Assembly: GCF_000008665.1 (NCBI RefSeq)
Contig: NC_000917.1
Location: 600,001-632,000 of the forward strand
Direction of reading: 5' to 3'
Source of the DNA: Archaeoglobus fulgidus DSM 4304
Lineage (GTDB): Archaea > Halobacteriota > Archaeoglobi > Archaeoglobales > Archaeoglobaceae
DNA length: 32,000 nt
Shown piece after piece: positions 25,288-32,000 of this stretch (position 1 is its first letter; each line of letters opens with the position of its first letter). A model generated the notes under the pieces. It was not told the DNA's origin, did no database searches, and worked only from the letters and a program-made list of their open reading frames with translations. Position numbers and translations under genes: made by a program.

Positions 25288-27201
25288 CTTTAAAAACCAG
25301 CTCAGCTCCTCCCACGCTTTATCGAGCAGTTTTCTGTAGTATCTGACGTCAAAATACGAGTGGTTCCTCACACTGACGACCTTCCTCTTGGAGTCAGCAA
25401 CCACGTATTCCACAACCATCCCTGGCTTGATTTCAATTCCTGCCTTTCTGTACTCTCTGATTGCCGAAGATTCCAGCAGCTTTTTTCCGTATTCCGCCTT
25501 TCCAACAACCTTTCTGATAATCATTTCCTCAGGCCTCGCCCTTCTTATGTTCTCGGCATATCTCTCGTAAATCCGTCTCAGCTCGGGGAAAAGCCTGAGA
25601 AGCTCGCCAGCGCTTCTTGCTCTTTTCATAACATCAAAGCACTCCCTCTGCATTCTTTTCACGTACTCCGGTACGTCACGCCTTCTAGCCATAACCCCCC
25701 TGAGCTTCATCTCTCCGCTGCTCAGCCTGCCGTAATAGCGGTTGTACGCTCCACTGCCGTCCTTCATCGGAAGAAAGACTATCCAGTCGAACTTCTCCAC
25801 CTCGGTCAGCAGGCCCGTTTCCTCCTCAACCCTCGCCTGGAAGCTGCCGATGTCTTCACCCCTAACCCACAAGCAGTCAACTATCCCGTGAAGAACCTTA
25901 AAGCCTAGCTCCTCCGCAATTTCCTTTGTTTTTATAAGAATTTCTCTTCCGATTCTGTTTATCTCCTCGTGAACCTCTATTCTGCCGAACTTGGCGTTTC
26001 TGTAGCCGGTGTAGCCGAAGCAAGTGACGAGCATCCACTTGAGAATTGAGTCCACTCCCGCATAGCGGGAATCCTTCCTCTTAAGGCTCTTCGTCTTTAT
26101 CCTCAGCCTGAGAAGGGGCTCGAGCACCTCCGCCAGGAATCCCCTCCCCTCCTTTCCGATGCTCTCTGGTGAGAGATTGTGCTTCACAATTATCGACGGA
26201 TACATGGACGTGAAGTCGAGCTGCCAGACGTTCTCGTAAATTCCGGGTTCGGGCTGGAAAATCATCCCGCCTCTGTCCGAGAATCTCAGCTCCTCGATGC
26301 TCTTAACCCTCTCAGCGTCGCTCTTTCTGAATGGCACCGCAATGCCCCTCATCAGCGCCTCAAAGACCTCGTAAAGCGAGATGAGCGAGCCGGGTGTGAT
26401 TCGGGATGCGTGGTTTGGGGATATGGCGGATATCCTTGAGGCGAGTAGAACTCCCCTAAGCCCACCCTCCCTGAAGTTGAAGGAGTTCGAGTCTATGAGA
26501 ACTCTTCCCTCCGGTATCAGGGCCTGCTTTCTGTATCTCGCCCTGCCGTAGCTCCAGTAAACCTTCTGAGAGAGCTTCCGAAATCTTCCGGTTCTGCTCA
26601 TCGCCTTCAAGCCGAGATGCTGCATCCAGAAATCCGCATCCTCCATCACAACGATGTCGGGATTCATGTCCTCCATCGCACCGGAAAGCTCCTCTAACAG
26701 CTCTTTCTCGCTGCCCTCAATTCTCTTCCCGTTTATGCTCATCTCCTCGACCTCGGGTTTGAAGACATCTCCCTTAACACCCACCCTTAGAACTTCAAAC
26801 GGCAGGTCGAAGTCAGCCTCAAACCTTTCCGAAACGTCTTCGAGAACGTGAGAGCACGGAAAAATCCTTTTTCTGGCCATGAATTTCTGCTCCAGCCTAA
26901 CGTCAACGTTGAAGAGCTTAGCATCCTTTGCCTGCCTCTCTATCATCTCCGCAACCTTCCTCCCGGCGTAAATTCTGTATCCTTCAATTTCACCGTAAAT
27001 TGTTTTGAAAGTGCACTCCTCAACTTTGTAGCGAGTTTCCAGAGCCTCTAAAAGCTCAACGTGGAGAGCTCTGTCGGGAAAATGCAGAAAAAAGTAATTT
27101 TCAAACCTGAAACTTCTCCTGACAACTTTTCCGTTCTCCTTCTTGATCCAGAGGTCAATCCCCCTTCCCGAAGGCGCGCAGTCCAGTATCCACATTTCCA
27201 T
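25264..27201 (-). CDS. Family B DNA polymerase homolog with degenerate exonuclease motifs and degenerate motif C (probable inactivated PolB, PolB2-like)
   Basis: ~645 aa. Motif A DFTSMYPSII (26188-26217) is intact. Motif B is KWMLVTCFG rather than Kx3NSxYG. At the YxDTDS position it reads LHGIVDCL (25864-25899). No ExoI DxE was recognised, and the ExoII region is NPDIVVMEDADFWMQHL. Confidence 0.85.
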   Translation of the reverse strand: MEMWILDCAPSGRGIDLWIKKENGKVVRRSFRFENYFFLHFPDRALHVELLEALETRYKVEECTFKTIYGEIEGYRIYAGRKVAEMIERQAKDAKLFNVDVRLEQKFMARKRIFPCSHVLEDVSERFEADFDLPFEVLRVGVKGDVFKPEVEEMSINGKRIEGSEKELLEELSGAMEDMNPDIVVMEDADFWMQHLGLKAMSRTGRFRKLSQKVYWSYGRARYRKQALIPEGRVLIDSNSFNFREGGLRGVLLASRISAISPNHASRITPGSLISLYEVFEALMRGIAVPFRKSDAERVKSIEELRFSDRGGMIFQPEPGIYENVWQLDFTSMYPSIIVKHNLSPESIGKEGRGFLAEVLEPLLRLRIKTKSLKRKDSRYAGVDSILKWMLVTCFGYTGYRNAKFGRIEVHEEINRIGREILIKTKEIAEELGFKVLHGIVDCLWVRGEDIGSFQARVEEETGLLTEVEKFDWIVFLPMKDGSGAYNRYYGRLSSGEMKLRGVMARRRDVPEYVKRMQRECFDVMKRARSAGELLRLFPELRRIYERYAENIRRARPEEMIIRKVVGKAEYGKKLLESSAIREYRKAGIEIKPGMVVEYVVADSKRKVVSVRNHSYFDVRYYRKLLDKAWEELSWFLKSSHQEFD

Positions 27202-27415
27202 CAAGCTCCTTCAGGAGCTCAACAAGCACGGAGAAGATCGCCGCTTCCAGTGGGTCATCGAAGGTGTAAAACGCCTCGCTGCTGTGCTTCCTGACCATGC
27301 CGGCAAGCTTTATGGCGTAAAGGCTTTCCTCCTTCTTCATAGCCTTTGCAGTCCTCTCCCACCGCTCTGCAATCCTCTTTACCCCCATTCTAACGCTTGA
27401 AACGCTCCTTCCCAT
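27155..27415 (-). CDS. Small hypothetical protein (86 aa) between the RecA-like and PolB-like genes
   Basis: Its ATG follows the upstream stop directly (TGAATG), and its 3' end overlaps the PolB-like start by 47 nt. The helical, charged sequence looks more protein-like than the opposite-strand ORFs. No family recognised. Confidence 0.45.
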   Translation of the reverse strand: MGRSVSSVRMGVKRIAERWERTAKAMKKEESLYAIKLAGMVRKHSSEAFYTFDDPLEAAIFSVLVELLKELDGNVDTGLRAFGKGD

Positions 27416-27988
27416 TCAGAACACCTCCAGCGTGAGCTGTCCAACCATCTTCGGATAGAAGCGCTGGTTTATTCCCTTCTCATCAACTTCCGCTATGAAG
27501 TACCCACCCTCCTCAGCCTCAACGAGGATGTAGCGGTCCGCGAGCGTGGTTAGAAAGTCAAAGATTCTGTCTCGATTGGTTGTGAAGTAAACGACCGTTC
27601 TGTCCCTCCCTATTTGCCTCAGAAGCATTACGAAGTCCTCAAGGGTGTGGAAATCGCAGTCCTCAAAGAGTAGTGCGTCGTGCTCGATGAATATCATGTC
27701 CTGATAGGCGTTGAGGAGAATCTCTATTAGCTGGTGAATTGTAAAGCCTCTCCTCACCCTGAAGTTCCCCCTGATACCATCCAGAGCCTTTGAGCTGTTT
27801 CCACACACGTATAGCGCTGGAAATCTGCTTCTGTAGCCGTTCAAAAAGTCAAGGCACACTTCCAACGGTGCGGCTACAGCGTTGAACCCTCCATACACCT
27901 CAACCGAAAGTACCTCAATCATAGTAGGTAATGCTCCAAGGTCAATATAAACTTCGACCCCCGGATGCAAGTGAAAAGGATTATACAT
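27416..27988 (-). CDS. Hypothetical protein, possibly a RecA/KaiC-fold domain lacking the P-loop GK[ST]
   Basis: 190 aa with an AAGGAG RBS ~8 nt upstream. By-eye alignment to the KaiC/RadB pattern: VEVYGGFNAVAAP at the Walker A position, ALYVCGNSS, the Walker-B-like DMIFIEHDALLF, TVVYFTTN and ADRYILVE. The fold assignment is inference. Confidence 0.55.
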   Translation of the reverse strand: MYNPFHLHPGVEVYIDLGALPTMIEVLSVEVYGGFNAVAAPLEVCLDFLNGYRSRFPALYVCGNSSKALDGIRGNFRVRRGFTIHQLIEILLNAYQDMIFIEHDALLFEDCDFHTLEDFVMLLRQIGRDRTVVYFTTNRDRIFDFLTTLADRYILVEAEEGGYFIAEVDEKGINQRFYPKMVGQLTLEVF

Positions 27989-28009
27989 ATTAACGTCTCC
28001 TTTACATTA

Positions 28010-29095
28010 ATGCTCTCGTGGGATGAGACGCTCTTCAAAAATCCGGAGGTCTTCGACCCTGACTACATTCCGGACGAGTTGCTGTTCAGGGACGGCCAGA
28101 TCAGGCAGCTTGTGTCGTGCATAAAGCCAGCAATGCTCAACTCGTCCCCGATTAACGCATTCTGCCTCGGACCGCCGTCAACGGGAAAGACCTCGACGAT
28201 AAGGTACGTTCTCAGAGAAGCTGAGAGAGAAACGGGGCTGCTTTACTCCTACATACGAATCCCGAGGTTCAAGGAGCCCTACAAAGTCTTCTCCAAAATT
28301 TTTCAGGACGTTCTGGGACAGCAGTCCCCGCCATCCGGGATAAGCAAAACGGTTTTGATGGACAGAGTCTGGAGCAACCTTGACGAGCCCCTTTTGGTCG
28401 TTCTCGACGACATAAACTTCCTCGGAAAGAATTACGCCAACGAGATTCTTTACGAAATCCTGAAGGCTCCAGACGAGTACGGAGTTAAGGTGGGAATAGT
28501 TGCAGCAGCCACCGATGTAAAGTTCCCCCTGCTACTCGACCCCTTCGTGGGGGCATCGTTCCACTACATGGAGATACACTACCCCTCGTACGGCTATGCG
28601 GAGATTGAGGGAATTTTGAGGAAAAGGGTCGAGCACGGATTTTACGAAGGGGTTTTCGATGACGGGGCATTCAGAAGAGTTGTTGAGCTCGCATACAGGG
28701 CGAGTGATGTCAGGTACGGAATATACCTCCTAAAGGCTGCGGGAATGAACGCGGAGAGCAGGGGGAGCAGAAAGGTTGAGGAGAGGGACGTTGAGGTCGC
28801 CCACGCCGGAGAGTCCCTTTCATTCATAGCAAAGATTCTCACGGCCCTTAACAGCGAGGAGAGGGCAGTTCTCAGAATGATATACTCCCAGAACGCAATT
28901 TCAACCGGCGACCTTTACGAGCAGGTGTGCAGCGAAATTAAGATGAGCTACAGAAAGTACTACAACATCCTCGAAAAGCTCGAAAGGCTGAAGCTGATTG
29001 AAATCTCCTTCGGAGAAAAGGGGAGAGGCAAGACGAGATATGTGCAGGGAAAATACGATGCAGAGGTTGTTGATAGGGCGATGCAGCTGATTTAG
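28010..29095 (+). CDS. cdc6: Orc1/Cdc6 family protein (divergent paralog)
   Basis: The ATG at 28010 gives MLSWDETLFKNPEVFDPDYIPDELLFRDGQI. Walker A is GPPSTGKTS. Walker B is VVLDDINFL (DD rather than DE). The C-terminal winged helix is STGDLYEQV...YYNILEKLERLKLIE..GEKGRGKTRYV. Confidence 0.9.
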   Translation: MLSWDETLFKNPEVFDPDYIPDELLFRDGQIRQLVSCIKPAMLNSSPINAFCLGPPSTGKTSTIRYVLREAERETGLLYSYIRIPRFKEPYKVFSKIFQDVLGQQSPPSGISKTVLMDRVWSNLDEPLLVVLDDINFLGKNYANEILYEILKAPDEYGVKVGIVAAATDVKFPLLLDPFVGASFHYMEIHYPSYGYAEIEGILRKRVEHGFYEGVFDDGAFRRVVELAYRASDVRYGIYLLKAAGMNAESRGSRKVEERDVEVAHAGESLSFIAKILTALNSEERAVLRMIYSQNAISTGDLYEQVCSEIKMSYRKYYNILEKLERLKLIEISFGEKGRGKTRYVQGKYDAEVVDRAMQLI

Positions 29096-29170
29096 TTTCA
29101 AAGCTGAAATTGCAATTTTGCCTTGCCATTACAAAATATTTAAATATGGTAAGGTCATAATGAGTATTAG

Positions 29171-29977
<807 letters not shown>

Positions 29978-29982
29978 GGGTT

Positions 29983-30168
29983 ATGGACGTGCTCGAGTAT
30001 TTGCTTGTTTTGCTGCTGGTCATCAGCATAGCTCTGAACCTGCTGCTCCTAAAAAAAGTGAGAGAATTAAACAGAGAATTGCGCGAGGTCGGGGCAAGAG
30101 TGAGCGTGACGAAGGAGGAGCTTACCGCAATCAGGTCGAGACTTGAGAGGATGAAGGGTGAGCTTTAA
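29983..30168 (+). CDS. Small single-pass membrane protein with a cytoplasmic coiled coil, coupled to minD
   Basis: 61 aa from the ATG at 29983; a GTG at 29974 would overlap the minD stop as GTGA. It has the TM helix [21 protein letters not shown] followed by [35 protein letters not shown]. Confidence 0.5.
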
Positions 30169-30182
30169 AATCGGCGTTTGAA

Positions 30183-30398
30183 TCAGCCGAGAACCTCAAG
30201 AACTCCTTCACACATTTTTATGTTCATGAGGTAATCATCCAAGGCGGAGAGAAGAGTTCCGATTTTCTCAACCCTGACCTCTATCACGATGCGGTTATCA
30301 GCCCAGCAGCTGCACCACTCGGGGTCGTCTGGCTTGAGAGCCTTCACAACAGCCTCAGGGTCTTTGGATTCTACTTCTAAGCGAGCATGGCACAGCAA
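30183..30398 (-). CDS. pcc1: Pcc1-like KEOPS subunit
   Basis: 71 aa with a TTG start overlapping the upstream gene by 22 nt. The pattern ARLEVES.DPEAVVKALKPDD....NRIVIEVRVEKIGTLLSALDDYLMNIKMCEGVLE resembles archaeal Pcc1 (A..v..al.pe...l.i...a.d...LR...nsylrwi). Confidence 0.55.
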   Translation of the reverse strand: MLCHARLEVESKDPEAVVKALKPDDPEWCSCWADNRIVIEVRVEKIGTLLSALDDYLMNIKMCEGVLEVLG

Positions 30399-31693
30399 AG
30401 CCTGTCAACCTCCTTCAGAAACTCTTCGACTTTATCCGGCGTGATGTTCGCTCCCGCTGCAACCCTGTGCCCCCCTCCTCTTCCCCCAACCTTCTCGGCT
30501 GCAAGCCTCATTACTTCCGCAAGGTCAACTCTCTCAGCCAGAGCCTCGTTAGTTCTCGCGGAAACTTTCGCGTACTCATTCTTGATGTTGACGACGATCA
30601 GGGGTTTGTCTGTGAAAACGTAGCGGGAAAATATGGTCGCTATCGGACTCGCGGAGAGCCCGTTCTCCATAACCAGATACCTTATGCAGAAGCCTTCTTT
30701 AACCTCATTTCTCCATTTTTTGAGCTCTTCAAGAGTCTGAATGACGTATTCGTTGTTTATCCTGATGGCTCTGTTCATCGCCTCCACGTCTCCGAGAAGC
30801 ATGGCTAAGGCCGTGCTCATAGCCCCAATCCTCCCGCAGGAGTTTACAACATCGACAGCCGTAACAGCATTCTTGATGAGCAGGTTTTTCAGAATCAGCC
30901 TTTTTCCAACGATTTGGCTGAATATGCCCGTGTAGGCATTCATCTTTAGAAGTCTCAGCACTATCGCGTCAGCGAGTCGCCTGATCTCCTCGTCGCTAAG
31001 CTCATCAAACTCCTTGTCTCCATCGAGCCTCGCCTTCTCAAGAAACTCCTCAAGCTCCTCCTCCTTTCCGTAGAAGTCGAGAAACGGCTCCAGGCTCTGG
31101 ACCAGCACGTCGCGCAGCTTCCCCGACGGGAGGCTCACCCCTTTTCTCTCCTCAACCACTCCAGCCTCCAAACCGTTTCTCAGAATCTCCTCGTTACCCC
31201 CAACCATCCTCTGCTTGTCTCCGAGGGCGCCGATCAAAGCTACAGATGCCAGCTCCCTGTTCCTCCCGAGCTCGTTGGCAAAGAAGTAGCATACGCCGCT
31301 TGCCGATAGTTCAAAGGTTCCGTCCATGCCCACGAGGTGGGGGTTGACGTGGGCAAGATTCCTCTTCGGCCTTATCTCCCCGTTGGGGATGTGGTGGTCT
31401 AGTATGACAACATCCGTGTCAACCTGCGAGATTAAATCAGCATAACCACTCCCCATATCGGCGAAGAGCAGAAGCTCTCCCTGCTCGTACTCAAAGGGCT
31501 CGTTCAGACCCTTCAGAAAAGTGATGTGAAAGGCCTTACCCGCCTTTAGGAGGGCTTTGGCTATGATCGCACCAGCTGAGATTCCATCTGCATCATGGTG
31601 TGTGTATATTCTGATGAAGTCGTGCCTTGCAACGAGGTCGGCAGCCCTCCTTGCCCTCTCCCTCAGCAGGTTAATTGCCGAGCCCGAACTCAT
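30377..31693 (-). CDS. RecJ-like DHH/DHHA1 phosphoesterase (archaeal RecJ/Cdc45/GAN-family candidate)
   Basis: 438 aa with the DHH motifs YTHHDADGISAG, FADMGSG and VILDHHIP, plus the DHHA1 motif GGRGGGHRVAAG. Confidence 0.8.
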   Translation of the reverse strand: MSSGSAINLLRERARRAADLVARHDFIRIYTHHDADGISAGAIIAKALLKAGKAFHITFLKGLNEPFEYEQGELLLFADMGSGYADLISQVDTDVVILDHHIPNGEIRPKRNLAHVNPHLVGMDGTFELSASGVCYFFANELGRNRELASVALIGALGDKQRMVGGNEEILRNGLEAGVVEERKGVSLPSGKLRDVLVQSLEPFLDFYGKEEELEEFLEKARLDGDKEFDELSDEEIRRLADAIVLRLLKMNAYTGIFSQIVGKRLILKNLLIKNAVTAVDVVNSCGRIGAMSTALAMLLGDVEAMNRAIRINNEYVIQTLEELKKWRNEVKEGFCIRYLVMENGLSASPIATIFSRYVFTDKPLIVVNIKNEYAKVSARTNEALAERVDLAEVMRLAAEKVGGRGGGHRVAAGANITPDKVEEFLKEVDRLCCAMLA

Positions 31694-32000
31694 CGTGCAC
31701 TACCTTCACAGCATTAACGCCATCGCTACCGTCAACGACGAACGAAACGTTGTACTCAGAGCAGCTCTGGCTGATCATTATTACGTTTATTCCGTTCTTG
31801 CCAAGCGCTGAGAAAATCTTTCCTGCAACGCCCGGCGTTCCAGCCATTCCCGAACCAACTGCGCTCACGACCGCTATGTAGGGAATCTTTTCGACCTTTA
31901 TCACGCCGTTTTCCAAGCTTTTCAGGGCGTTGTAGGCCTTCTCCAAGTCCCGGATATCGACCACTATCGACAGATTCAGCTCTGAGGAGCTCTGAGCTAC
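31671..32000 (-). CDS. Aspartate kinase, C-terminal ACT-domain part (5' end lies beyond the window)
   Basis: The frame is open to the window edge (VAQSSSELNLSIVVDIRD...). The ACT-domain pattern is AVVSAVGSGMAGTPGVAGKIFSALGKNGINVIMISQSCSEYNVSFVV. It overlaps the RecJ-like start by 23 nt. Confidence 0.8.
   Translation of the reverse strand, partial: VAQSSSELNLSIVVDIRDLEKAYNALKSLENGVIKVEKIPYIAVVSAVGSGMAGTPGVAGKIFSALGKNGINVIMISQSCSEYNVSFVVDGSDGVNAVKVVHDEFGLGN

Noticed and set aside
27245-27254. TTCCAGTGGG, resembling the core of archaeal origin recognition boxes (TTCCAGTGGAAA)
   Set aside because: It is a single partial copy inside a coding region. There is no inverted partner, no flanking G-string and no AT-rich unwinding element.
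27965-28009. 15-codon N-terminal extension of Orc1/Cdc6 overlapping the opposing gene start
   Set aside because: The conserved Orc1 N-terminal motif begins right after the ATG at 28010. The extension would overlap the RBS and ATG of the minus-strand operon.

Overview
The window is a gene-dense (~90% coding) stretch of a euryarchaeal chromosome. Gene content, E/K/R/I/V-rich proteins and a ~1.08 kb IS630-type element make it look Archaeoglobus-like, but that assignment rests on memory, not a search. I support about 40 CDS, one tRNA-Arg(GCG) and one insertion sequence; I found no rRNA and no CRISPR array. Several themes appear. (1) Acyl-CoA and fatty-acid metabolism: three AMP-forming CoA ligases, an acyl-CoA dehydrogenase, an enoyl-CoA hydratase and a MerR regulator. 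(2) An sdhABCD operon. (3) Housekeeping genes: aroC, adk, Bud32 and Pcc1 of KEOPS, and a partial aspartate kinase. (4) A small DUF134/DUF5320/NifX-like cluster. (5) A DNA replication and segregation neighbourhood at 25.2-31.7 kb. The best candidate for an undescribed system lies in that neighbourhood. A divergent Orc1/Cdc6 paralog sits head-to-head with a tightly coupled three-gene operon: a RecA/KaiC-like protein without a P-loop, an 86-aa protein, and a family-B DNA polymerase homolog with degenerate exonuclease and motif C. A MinD/ParA ATPase with a coupled small membrane protein and a RecJ/Cdc45-like gene follow. All functional calls rest on motifs read by eye; no database search or structure prediction was possible.
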